Assembly (NCBI GenBank): GCA_003971905.1
Contig: RSEE01000039.1
Coordinates: forward strand, 496,001-560,000
DNA length: 64,000 nt
DNA from: Moniliella sp. 'wahieum'
Lineage: Eukaryota
Reading direction: 5' to 3'
The notes beneath the pieces are model-generated. The model made no database searches and was not told the origin of the DNA. It saw only the letters and a list, made by a program, of their open reading frames with translations. The position numbers and the translations under genes were made by a program. This document shows, piece by piece, positions 1 to 11,900 of the stretch (position 1 is its first letter; each line of letters opens with the position of its first letter).

Positions 1-1094
1 CACACGCCCTGCGCAGCATCCGCCCACACACGGTCACCACTCCTTACGCGTCCGCATTGCATCCGCACTCGTACGCCGCTCCACTGCGTCCATGACCCAT
101 TCCTCAGCGCTCCGCCTCAGCGCCAACGCCTCGTCCGCGCGCAGCAGCGCGCAGCACAGCGCACCGACACTCGTCGCCTGCCTCGGCGTGGCTTGCGCTC
201 GTCCCCACTTGCCCTCCCGCCACGCCCGCCCCCTGCCACAAGCCGAGGCTTGCAGCACAGACACGGTGTCTCCGCCGCCGGCCGCGCCGGCCGCCCCGCC
301 ACGGCCATCCCATACTCAGCGCGTCCCCGCCCGGCCTGCCCGGCCATGCCATGCCATGCCATTCTTCCTCCTCGCCTGGGCAGTACTGCAGAATGGGCGT
401 TGGACCATCGTCGGCCCTCGATGGTCCCATGCCCAGGACAGACGTACATACCGCTGACACCCTCCCTCCTGCCCCCTCCTCCCCACTTTGGCCGCGCTGC
501 CCAGCCCAAACCCTAACCTGTTTGTCCCTCCAGGCCGCGCCGATCGCACCAAGCAGTGCCCGTACCCAGGGAACATGCAGCGTACAACGTGCAACCCCCG
601 CCCCCAGCGTACGCCGTACCAGCACAGCAGCAGCATAGCATCCTCGCCATCGATCCTCCCACTCCGTGTAGAACGTGGAACGTTGTTGAACGTTCAAGCG
701 TGAAGCTTGAAGCTTCAAGTAGCAACGTCACCCGTCATGCGCACACGATGCACCGTGTACGGTGTGTATTCGGACCAAGCAACGCACCGCAAAACCAAGC
801 CAAGCCCTGGCAAACCCCAGAAGGGACCCCACAGGGACCCCTGGCCACGTGGGACTTAGGACCGCAGGACCCGAGGGGTCGGCCGTGACGCGTGACGCGT
901 GACGCGTGACCGGGCGAGCGACGGCAGGGCCACGCGCGCACGCCGCTGCCCGTGTCGGCTAAAAGGCATGGCTAACCGGATAATGCCTCGCAAACCCCAT
1001 ATCCACCATCGCATCATTGAGCACACTATGCCATGTGCACTGACGGAATCGCATTCGTCCCGTTGCGCGAAGACGTCCATTCGGTTGAAGGTGG

Positions 1095-1245
1095 TGTCAA
1101 GGCCGGGCGATGCGAGTGGGACCAGGAGTACCAAGTACCAAGGGAAGCAAAAGATGCACTGGGAGAGGCAAGCAGAACAGGATCGGCCAAGAGCAACAGT
1201 GAGATGGTTTCTAGGATATGAGCTAAGAGAACCATGTGCATGACA
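1095..1245. mobile_element. Short solo LTR (copy 1, 151 bp)
   Basis: Starts TGTCAAG, ends TGACA, flanked by GGTGG/GGTGA (5-bp TSD, one mismatch). Core AAGTACCAAGGGAAGCAAA..GCACTGG..AGAACAGGATCGGC..AGCTAAGAG is shared with 32625-32755. Confidence 0.75.
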
Positions 1246-2637
1246 GGTGAATTCGATTAAAGTGCCCGTCGCGTTGAACGTTGGCGCGGACCGTGACCGA
1301 CGGTCAACCTCTGAGGCGGTATAGGCTGGTAACGCTCTCAAAGGCTATAGGATCGCTAGTAGGGTATGTGTATGGTCTGGTGCAGTAATCAAGGAAGACT
1401 ACCTGACGTGCGTTGTGACGCCTCAACTAACGCGTGCGCGATGGGGGTCTATGCTATATCCACATTGGGACCAGCCCCTTTACTGCCCTTGCTTCCCGCT
1501 CCCCTCATCTTCCCGTTGGAGGAAGGGGACCTGGGAGAGGGGGGAAGCTTTTGTGGGAACAATCAAAAGGTTACCCACCGCAGGATGCACACGACGGAGG
1601 CATGCATATCATGTGGGATGCGAAAGGCAAAAGGCCCAGTGTAATAATATACTCTCGTCGGATCGTGGGGGTTATGCAGCATGATGCAAATGATGGACGA
1701 TCCGTCGCACTACCATAGACCACTGTAGAGTGTCTCTTCTCGGGGCTCTCTCATGGACTAATGTGGGCCTAGAGCATTAGGTCGTTCCGGTTCATGTAGC
1801 ATCGACTTGGATGATTTTTTAAGTGACGGTGTGGCTTGTTCGCTTGTTTTCCCTCCGTGATTCATCTCGGAGATGCTGCTGCCAGAGGTTGTACGATGAG
1901 CCGCAAAGGTACCCAGCAAAACCCACTACTCCCTTCCTCCCCTGCTCTTTACCGTTATTCACGAGTTAAATCTTCATCCGTACCAATGGGCCGTGCTCTT
2001 CACAGGAAATCTCACCGCCCCATCTCCCTCACGTACAAACAGGTTCAGATGCCATTCAGACTCTCAAAAGGCAAACTCTGGGCACACTGCAATCTCTCCA
2101 GACATGTGGGGCTTTACAAGTAGTAGAGGGGGGATGGGAGTGCATCCTCACAGTCACCGTTGAAGGTATACACGAATCGCCGAAGATCCAGGACTTGGGG
2201 ACCCTAATTGTTGCCCCGCGAACAAGTTCGTCGCTAGCAACGGCTTCTCTACGCGCCGTTGGGCTGATACTCGGGTTGGAGCCGTTTCTGATCCTGTGGT
2301 CGCTAAAGAGAGGCGGTAAGTGCATGTCAGGGGGGACGGCCAAGTCGCCTTGCACAGCCACCTCCACTCCTTTATCCTCGCTATCAGTTCTCCACTTCTT
2401 TCCCTATCACACGACGCAAGTTCTCTATCTATCTCTATCGCTCCCTATTGTGGCTCTAACCCACAACAGCCGTCTCTTGTTCTGTTCTCTGTCTCTCTCT
2501 CGTCTAAAGTCCGCAACACTACACATGGCTTCGATTCGGTTTCTCGCCTCGTGCCTCTCGTGCTTGGTCCTGACTTCTCCCCGTTATTGACGCGTATCCC
2601 CTTTACGCTGTAGACCTGTTGGCCTTTCCTGTGTTCC

Positions 2638-2735
2638 CCTCCTCTTCTCTTCTCTTCTCTTCTCTTCTCTTCTCTTCCTTCTCTTCTCTTCTCTCTCTTC
2701 TCTTCTCTTCTCTTCTCTTCTCTTCTCTTCTCTTC
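2638..2735. repeat. (TCTTC)n pyrimidine microsatellite
   Basis: About 95 bp of nearly pure C/T, mostly TCTTC units. Confidence 0.95.
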
Positions 2736-4833
2736 AATAAAACCTGCCTGTTCTTAGATCCAATTGTGATGGTCCAAGCCACCCACCACTCTTTTCCCCT
2801 TACTGTTCTCTTCTAGGCACTCTAGATAGAAGATCCGCTCGCTTATCTTTCGATCAACTCGCTTGCCCTCCCTCGCCGCCGGAGCTCCTCGCTTCCAGGA
2901 TGTCTCGTTAAAGTGCAAGCTCCTTCTCGGACGCTGCCTGGCTCTGTCCGACGACTATTGGCGGGCGGAACCTTGGTTGGGCGAGCCAGAAAGAGGCGCA
3001 CGTCCAGGCTGACATGAGATTTGAGAGATAATGTTAACAATATATGGGAGCTGGATGAGATGCGGGATGGGGCATAAGGCACGCGAGAGCATTTGGCGAC
3101 CGAAGGAGGCAGCAGCGACCGAAGCAAGAATGGAGCCTGATGGCTTGGCGAGCGCCGTGCGGGTGGTGTGGGGCTTGCGTGCGGTGCAAGCGCGGGGGCC
3201 GAGGCTGGGCAGACTGGTCTGCTGCCTGGCGGCCGAGGCGTCACGCGTCACGCGTCAGGCCTCAGGGTTGTGCAATTACGCGCAAGCGAGAGGGGCGGTG
3301 GGGCGCATCTAATAGAAGCGCCGACTGCCCTTCTGCAGCGCCGCCTCTCGCTTGTGTGGGGAGATATATACCTCTAGCCGAACAGCACGACCAGAGCCAC
3401 GAACAGAAGCTTGCAGCGCAACCTTGGAGAGGGAATGGCGCTATAGAAGTACTACCGAGTCCCGACCGCCGCTCGCCTGTGTCGCTGCCACTGGCACCGC
3501 GCCATCCCACGCCCGAACCCCACAGCGGCAGTAGAAGAGCACCCGTCGGGACAGGGACAAAGTAATACCTACTAGTACGCAAGTGGCACTGGGCAAACAC
3601 AACCTGGCAACCATCAACACCTCGCCGGCGTTGTTCTTTCTGAGCCCCCTTTCCCCCTCTCCCTCTCTGGTAGCCTCACCCACGTCTCACTCCACCCACG
3701 CTCCCCGCCAGCCCCTTCTGTGCGCTCCCAAAACGCTCTGCCCTGCCACCTGTGTCCACTGGGTTTTCCATTTGGGGCGCCGGGAGCCGGTCCCCCCGTG
3801 GTCCAAAACCCACTGGCCTCTCCGTGTCCCTCTCCTTATTGTCAAGTAATAGAACGCAACCGTATCGCCTCATCCTGACGGCCAAGCGTCCCCACTTTCG
3901 CCGTCTGTCGTTGTCTCTGTTGCGGCAAAGGCGCACGGACACGGAAGATGTCCAGGCCACCTCGCCCGGCTCCGCCTCTTCCTCATCCGCCGAGCCAAGC
4001 GGGTCTCTGCCCCTTCTCTTCTCTTCCGCTTACGCCGCCAACCACGCGAGGAGGAGGATCCAGTGGAGCATGCCAAAGAGGTGCCTGCCGCGACTCACAG
4101 TCATCCCCTCCCCACCATCGAGCACCAGCCACCTCACCAATGACCTCTCCTCGACGGTCCATCCGCCATTCCATCACCAACTGCGACGAAGCAGACTCAT
4201 CGCCCACCCCCTCTCCCTCCTTCTCTCCCCCAGCTTCTCCTGTACCCTGGCTGTTGAACAGGGTACGCCTAGTTCCTCCGGGTTGAAGAGTTCCTTCACA
4301 CACACACGTCCATCCCAAACCACTAACCATAATCGCGTTCGATTTGTAGGCCCAACAACATCGCGCATCAAACAAGAACCATCCTTACCCGGTAGCACTT
4401 CTGACCCTCCCTTCCGACCCAACCGGGAAGCAAACCACGACCGAGGACGTGCCTCGGGCCAGCCCGCACCTTCCTACCACACCACCCTCACCACCACGCA
4501 GGCGGCGCCCAGGCTCAGCGCGACCGGTTCTGGATTCACCTTCGTACGCTTTCCAGATAGGACCGGCACGATATTAACCCACTCTTTTTTGCATTTGGCC
4601 CCCCTCCCAACCTCATCCAGGAGGGATCTCTCCCGCTCAATGTCTGTTCCACGAACCGGGAGAACCGACTGGATCCCCTTTGCCTCCCTCGCCGAGCGCG
4701 ACACAACGCCTCTGTCTCCCAGCCACATAGCCCTCTCCCGCCGACTGGAAGGGTCCGAGCAGCCGGTTCCCACTTCCATCTACACGCTTCCTATCCCATC
4801 CAGTAGGCCAGCACTTCCCCGTCAAGCGTAGTA

Positions 4834-6489
4834 GTGGATGAGGAGGTTCCCCTCTATCGCCGCCCCACCTCGTCAGAGGTTCGGGTGCCGACTCAATCTG
4901 GATTTCGGGGCAGATCGCGTTCGCTCGGCACTATCCCTGGTCCTCTCCACCCGATTCTAACCCCAATCCCACCCATTAGTTCTTTTTCCACACTCCATGA
5001 GGGTGTGCGGAACCAGCCTCCGCTAATCACACAGGCTTTACCAACACCCGCCATCCCTGCCACAGCCGATGACCCCAGTTCCTCTTTTGCTGCGGGTACT
5101 ACTGTCACCACGCATCTTGATGTGCTGTTGGGTTCGGACCCTCCACCCCCCGTCTACCTCCCCCGCCGCAGCGATGCCAGTAGTGCGGTGCCTGGGTCCG
5201 TGGCGCCTGCTAGGGAGGAAGAAGGCCAAGAACGTCTTCCTTCATACATATGCTGGGTTCACCTCGAGGGTTATTTGCCGCGCAAGATGGAGTTCACAGC
5301 TCCCGGGGTGCACGCCAACGATCGTTCTTGGCGCCGGTTCTACTTTGTTCTGCATGGAACCCAGCTGAGTGTGTACAGGGGGGACATGAGCACGGTGGTA
5401 CCGCGCCAAGTGGCGCTCGAGGCGTTTGGAACGATCGAAGGCTACCTTGCCTTTCCCGATCCCATCAGCGAGGACGAAACCAGTGCAAGCAACTCCAAGG
5501 TCACCTCCTTCTCCATGGCTCAGACTGCAAGTCAAGCTGCTCAACAGGCTCGTCATGCCATCCATCTCCCTCTGCTTCTCTCCCGCCCCTCCCCTGACCT
5601 TGGCTCGGACGAGGCAACAACGACGACCAGCTTGCGTCACGCCATGGCCCATCCCTCGGCCAATCTACAGGCCGCCCTGCGCGACAAGACGTACACTAAT
5701 CCCTATGCCCAAGGAGCTGATCCGTACGGAACCAACTTGGTCCGCACCTATTCCCTCCAAGGGGCCCAGTCGGGCTTGGCCGCCGACTATCGCAAGCGGA
5801 GGAATGTGGTCCGTGTCCGGGCTGAGGGGGAACAATTTTTGCTGCAGTGCAAAGATGTTCAGCATGTGGTCCATCTCATCCAAGCGCTTCAGGCCGCTAC
5901 GGCCGTCGCACTGGATCTGGACCAACGGCCGATGCCGTACTTGATCACGTTGCCCCGTCGTCGACGCATTGGCCGTCATCTGTCTCCCGAAGTACTCAGG
6001 GCGCAACGTGAACGTCAGTTACTTTTTCGCGAGGCAGCCCAGCTATCCGCAGCACAACGGCGTTCCCTCTCTGACTTTCGTCGGCCTGGTACCAACGACC
6101 TGTTGGGCTCCCCTGCCACCCTCATTACCCCCCCCAACCCCCAGCCAACCACGCGCCCGCCATCCTCTTCCGACCCATGGCCCCCGAATCGCCTACGTCC
6201 TTTTCCCCCTCTTCGCGCTTCCACATCTCCCCTGCGGTGCATCGTGCCCCGTGGCTTCGTCGGCCCGCAGCTCCAGTCTTCGAACCTATGCCGATGCTGG
6301 AACCGTTGTTGCATCACTCATCCTCCCCCTCTCCGCCGCCGGGAGACGATTCCCGCACGTCTCGTACTCCGCATAACGTGCCCACTTCACACAAGTACCA
6401 ACCACTTCCGTAGCTCTTGCCTCGGTTCGTCCCCTTGGACTGGGATGGATGAGGACAGCCCCCTTGACAAGTGGCTTGCCTCTCCCTGA
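4834..6489 (+). CDS. Fungal split PH-domain protein (YHR131C/YNL144C-like); probably starts further upstream in ORF 3752-4831 via a frameshift
   Basis: Motifs LPSY..VHLEGYLPRKMEF..DRSWRRFYFVLHGTQLSVY and RTYSLQGAQSGLAADYRKRRNVVRVRAEGEQFLLQ..ALDLDQRPMP..TLPRRRR. Confidence 0.8.
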   Translation: MDEEVPLYRRPTSSEVRVPTQSGFRGRSRSLGTIPGPLHPILTPIPPISSFSTLHEGVRNQPPLITQALPTPAIPATADDPSSSFAAGTTVTTHLDVLLGSDPPPPVYLPRRSDASSAVPGSVAPAREEEGQERLPSYICWVHLEGYLPRKMEFTAPGVHANDRSWRRFYFVLHGTQLSVYRGDMSTVVPRQVALEAFGTIEGYLAFPDPISEDETSASNSKVTSFSMAQTASQAAQQARHAIHLPLLLSRPSPDLGSDEATTTTSLRHAMAHPSANLQAALRDKTYTNPYAQGADPYGTNLVRTYSLQGAQSGLAADYRKRRNVVRVRAEGEQFLLQCKDVQHVVHLIQALQAATAVALDLDQRPMPYLITLPRRRRIGRHLSPEVLRAQRERQLLFREAAQLSAAQRRSLSDFRRPGTNDLLGSPATLITPPNPQPTTRPPSSSDPWPPNRLRPFPPLRASTSPLRCIVPRGFVGPQLQSSNLCRCWNRCCITHPPPLRRRETIPARLVLRITCPLHTSTNHFRSSCLGSSPWTGMDEDSPLDKWLASP

Positions 6490-6813
6490 CCCAGTACCCC
6501 ACCTTGTCCCACATCTTCCCTCGTCGGGCTAGCTTCCCCATCAACGCCTATACCGTTCCATTACCCCACTCGCTTTGTCCTCGTTTTTGTCTTTGCCTGT
6601 GTCCTATTTCACGAGTATCATACACGGGCTCCTGAGCGATACCCTGCGAGTTCCATCCAGATCGCTTCGCAGGAATCATGAGGTGATAGCAGGTCATTCG
6701 ATAGGATCACTGTCAGCTTATTGTTGCTCTTTGCTCTCCACACTGTGTGGGTGGTTTGCTCTTCAGTCGCATGTTGCAGTATCTACGCTGTAGTGCGGCG
6801 TAGGCCCTCTCGC

Positions 6814-7862
6814 TCACGCGCGCGCCTTGCGGTCCTGCGCCTTGCCCCACTCGACCAACTCGCGCATCATGGACTTGGCAGTGGAGGTGTACCCCCAGCC
6901 AAACAGGACAGCATGGTTGAGTTGGTGGTAGAGGTGGTAGAGCTGGATGCGTTGGCCGTACCCCGGCTCGAGGCGGGGCAAGACTTGATGGTACGCTTCA
7001 AACGAACCGGCAAAGCCACCAAACATGTGCATCATACCTAGGTCCGCCTCGTTGTGGCCATAGTACGACGCTGGGTCGTAGATCACCGCCTCTCCGTCCG
7101 CCACGGCGGCGTTACCGGCCCACAGGTCGCCATGTTGGATGGCCGGGCGAATGTGGGCGAGCTGGGCTTGGGAAAAGAGGTGCGGGTAAACGTGGATGCG
7201 CAACTCGCGTTCGAGCTGGGCCAGCATCCGGTCGCCCGTTTGTTGTACCAAGGTAAGATGCGTCGATCGGCGAAAAACGTGAGCCAGGAGCGGGTCCAGG
7301 TATTGTCCAGCTTTGTATCGCCACAAAACGTCGGCCCATCAAATCCGTACTCGCCCCGCTCGTTCGTGCCGTACTTGTGCATCAAGGCCAAGGTCCGGCC
7401 TAGCTGGGCTTGCGAGCGCGCCGACAGGCGCGCCGAGATGTCTTTGTAGTCGCTTACCAAGTACGCTTGGCCTGCCGGCACGCCTTGCACTTCCCCTTGT
7501 TGCGTCACGCCCAGCGCATGCACACGCGGGACCATGTTCCATGCCACATCGGCTTCGGCGCCCTGGCCACCGGCCAATTCGGTACCTTCTTCCACGGCTT
7601 GTCGCGCGCGTGCCAGTCCCGCGCCCATGGCGAGCAAACTCCTCCCCTCGGCCAAGAGCGGGGCAGCGACGGCAGAGCTCTTGGCAAACACTGCCGTCGG
7701 TTCCGACCGGTTCCAGCGCTCGGCTTCGGATTCGGTCGGGGTCAAGCTCCAGATCGCACCGCCTTGGTGCGAGATGAGCGAGCCGAGCGTCGGCGCACAC
7801 TTGGCGTGCAACAGTGCGCGCATCTCCTCTGTCCCGCGACCGCGGGAATGCAGGTAGCTCAT
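6814..7862 (-). CDS. Fructosamine-3-kinase / ketosamine kinase family (frameshifted)
   Basis: YGFDGPTFCG..DNTW..SW..FFADRRI (ORF 7083-8753), then HGDLWAGNA, IYDPASYYGHNEADLGMMHMFGGF and LYHLYHQLNHAVLFG (ORF 6814-7326). In-frame ATG at 7862. Confidence 0.9.
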
Positions 7863-8927
7863 GATCAAGCCGTGGTAGGTGTGCGGGTTGAGTGTATCCA
7901 GCCACGCCGAGTCGATATCGGTCGCACGGTCAAGGATAGTAGCTACCACGGTTCCGATACCCAGCAGCGCTGCGCCAGGCCACACACTTGTCTCGCCTCC
8001 TGCGCGGCGGGGGCGGGTGTGCAAGCAAGCGCACGCGGTCCAGCTCAGCGGGCGAGGCCACGGCGGAGGCGGCAGATAAGAACAAGAACGGGATGGCGAG
8101 CTGAGGGGAAGCGGAAGGGAGACCAACGGTCGAGCTGAGCAGCGCAGGAGAGGCAAGGCACAGGACCGAGGATCGGGGTGCAGGGAGCGGAGGGCGGGGA
8201 TCGAGGGTGGATGGGGGGATGGGGCGGCAGGTGCTGAGTGAGCAAGGACGACGCTGTGAAGCTTGACTTGAAGCGCCAGAGTGACTAGTGATAGATGATT
8301 GGTGATTGAATTGCGCCGTGTGCTGGAGATCAGCTGACAGATCCGCCAGGCGGCGCTAGCCCAGAAAATTGGTCTGTGCGCGCTGAGGCACATCAGACAC
8401 ACAATCGCGCTCGCTTTTGCCGCCGATTCGCCATCGCACCGGTGCCACCCTTGCCGTCGGTCTTTCCATCGGCCGTGGTCTGCCTGGCATACGACGGCGG
8501 GCAGGGCGGCTCGCGGCATACGTCTGGCTCGGCACACGCCTCTATGGTCTATTTCTCGTCGCTGGCCCGCACCAATCAGGTCCGCATAATGTGAGAAGAG
8601 CAGAATGCAATATCGGCGGTGGCAGTAGATAGCACACTCCCACCCGCGTCCCAGCATTTCCTTTTTGAGGCCAGAGTGGTGTGGTGGTTCGGCATGAGGT
8701 CGGGGAGAAACAAGGTTGGAGAGCACCGGATGCGATGAAGAATCGAAGGGCAAGGGAGGATAGGGGGAAAGGGCGATACGAGACGGGATAGGGCGAAGAC
8801 ACGATGCGAGGAACGAGAAGCGGGGAAACGGGTTTGGTTTTGGAGGGTGGGGGGAGAGGAGGGGGCAAAAGGCACAGTGGTGATCGTGGAGATTGCCTGC
8901 CTAAAGCCCAAGTATCTCCTTCCTCAC

Positions 8928-11900
8928 TCAACGACGCGCCTTGCCTCCCGTCTTGCCACGGCCCTTCTTCTTGCCGCCCGACTTTTTGCCGTCGGTGCCA
9001 TTGATGTAGCGGACGAGGGAGTTGATGTCCATCGACTCGAGCAGCTCTCGTGCCTGTTCGGTCATCTCCTCCGTCTCGGCTGCGGCGGTACGGGGGCAGC
9101 GGGGCGGGCCTGGGCCACCTGCGCACGCGCCTGAGCCAGCACAGCCGCATTCTCCCGCACCAACTTCTCCTGCTTGGCATTCGACACGGCGGCCGAGGTG
9201 AGCATGTTGAGGAAATCGTTCGCCGTCTTGGTTTGTTCGTCCTCGGCGCCCAAGCGGGCAACGAGAAGGTGGTGCGTCTCGCGCGCGTGCTCGACGGCCA
9301 TCTTGAGGTCCTGGACGTAAATGTAGGCCTCGGCCAGCACATAGGCCGCCTGGGCCGTGTGGTACGAGTCGGGACCAAACAGCTGCTTGCACTGCTCGTA
9401 CCCCGTCTTGGCCACCTTGAGCGCCGTGTCGTACCGGCTGATCGACATGAGCGTGGAAGCGATCTGGTTCAGGCTCTGGATGCTTTCCGGATGGCTCGCG
9501 CCGTAGATCAAGTCCCACAGCTCCAACGCACGGTTCTGGCACAACAGCGCCTCCTCCGTATTCTTGTTGATCCGCTCCATCACGGCCATGTTGGTGTAGT
9601 ACAGCAGCGTCTCCTGGGCGTCCAGACCCAGCGTCCGCTCGGCGATCGTCACGGCTTGCTGCTGGAAGCGCAGCGCATGCGAAAACGACAGCATCTCCGC
9701 CATTGCCTCAGGCAGCTCAGGAAGCGTGACCTCCTTGCCCTCCTCCTTGGCCTCCTTGGCATGCGCCTCCTCCAAGGCGCGCGCCGTGGCAAACGCATGG
9801 ATCGTCTGGGCATACTCCGAGTACGCGCGGGCCACGACCGGGTGGATCGAACCGTAGATGGTCTCGTACGAGGCCAAGGCACGCTGCATCAGTTCCAAGC
9901 CCAGTGCGCTGTCGCCGCGGTTGAGCGACACGCGACCGGCTTCCATCAGCTCATCAATAAACGCCGGGTGCGGCGCGGAATCCTTGATGATCGGCACAAG
10001 GTTGAGCACATCCGAAGGCACAAACGTCGTGTTGGCGTTGGCTGCGGCCAAAATCGCGGCGGTGGCCAGCGTGTTGGGCTTGGGCTTGTCCGCCGCACGA
10101 CGGCGCTTCTTCTTCTTGCCCTCGCTCGAGGCGACTTGGGTCGCCGACGCAGACGCCTCGGCATCCGAAGCGGCCTCCTTGGCCTCAAACTCATAGTCGC
10201 GCAGCTGGAGCTGGATCCCGTTGGCCTGGCACACCGCACGAAGCAACTGCTTCTTGGGCCCGTCTCGAGGTAGTCGGCCGCAAGCTCGTAGCGGAACCGC
10301 TTGCCCACTTCGGTAACCACACGCTCCGACAGCGAGGCCGGCGTCAGCTTGGTCCATTCCGGCTTGTCCGTCGCCGAGTCAAAGGGCGTGGGCAGGTGCA
10401 CGGCTTCCGGCCGCGCGTTGCGAGCGCCACCAAGAAGACAGTTGAGGAAGTGGCCGTGGCGGCCAACTGTTCGTCCGAACGCGCCTCCTTGAGCACCTGG
10501 CGGAGCAGGCGCTTGGTTGCGCGCTGCACCATCTCGAGCACGGCAATGCGCTGGAGCGTGTCGAGGTACGCTTGGTACCCCGGGTCCAGAGGCTCGCTGG
10601 TCTTTTGCAGTTTCTCCTTGTTCTCTGGCGCACAGAGCGAGGCAATGAGACCCAAGTAACGCACATTGATGCCGCGCAAGTGCAGTTGCTTGGTCAGACC
10701 GACACCGTCAATGACCTGCAGCAGGCCGCTGGCGGCCTCGGCGACAAAGCGAGGAATGGCAGTCTCACGCAACCACTTGCTCGCGCCACGCACCGAGGCC
10801 ACCGTGGGGTCACTCTCATCCGAGACCAGCACCTTGTACTCGTGCTCCTTCCGTCCTCGCCAACCGGCACACGGAACTCGACAAACGCGTCCGCATTAAA
10901 CGAAAGCTGGAATTCCTGCGGGTTCAACTTGAGCTCATCCAGCGCCTTGGTCTTGTCGTCCCCTTCGAGTTCGGAAGCCTTGGCAAGCAGAGCAGCACGC
11001 TTCTCCGTCACCCACTTGCTGAACTGATCCGCCGTGTAGGCCTCGATCAGCTGCGGGCGCAGAATGGCAAACTTGTGCGGGTAGGTCGCTGGCGTGTCGT
11101 CGGCATTGAACGCCTTGCCACTAATGTCGTGCTCGAGCCACTCAATGTCAACCGGGTTCAGGCGCGCCAGGTCAAGCACGTAGCGCCGGCCATCCGAGCC
11201 AAGGAGACCCTTGCACTCCAAGCTGCCCCAGAGCGGGTGCTTGACGCCATCCTTGTCGGCAATCTCGTGCTCGGCGAGGTGAAGTTGCTTGGCAACCAGA
11301 CCAAACAGCTTGTGCATCACCTTGTCCGAACGAATCACGCTCGCGCCATCCACACCGCCATACACGATCGAGGTCTCCTCGAGCGACAGGGTGTCAATGG
11401 GCGCCGCAGGCTCGTCGATAGCGCGGCCCTCGGCCTTGGCCACCTCAGCCTTAGCTACCGCCCCGCTTCCGCCAGGGCAGCGGCGGTGCGCTCGGCCGCT
11501 TTGCTCTCCGCCTGAGCAAGCTCCTCTTCGTCCATCGGCGGGTCTTCGTGCTTGCGGAAAAGACCAGGGACGATACTCTGGACAACCCAGCGCTCGCCCT
11601 TCCAGTCAACCAAGCACGTGGCCAGGGTAGAGATCCCGGGCACACTGGCCGTGTTGATCAACGACAGCGCCGAGGTGTCCTTGCTCACCACCACGTGCGC
11701 CGCCTCGTCTCCACCCAGGTGCGGGTAGAGCCCGACGCCGTCGAGGCCCTTGGAGATGAACAGGTTGTTGGTCACGTACATGTGCGCGTCGACCGGGTCG
11801 GTCGGGTTCATGGCCACCACGTTACCTGCCGCCACGCGCGGCACGGCACGCAGCGCAGCTTGCGTAAAGTCAAAGTTGAGGCGGGCCAGGTAGCGCTCAC

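Noticed and set aside
1..670. Possible small spliced gene (CTAAC..CAG acceptor near 532)
   Set aside because: No consistent reading frame or recognisable protein could be assembled.
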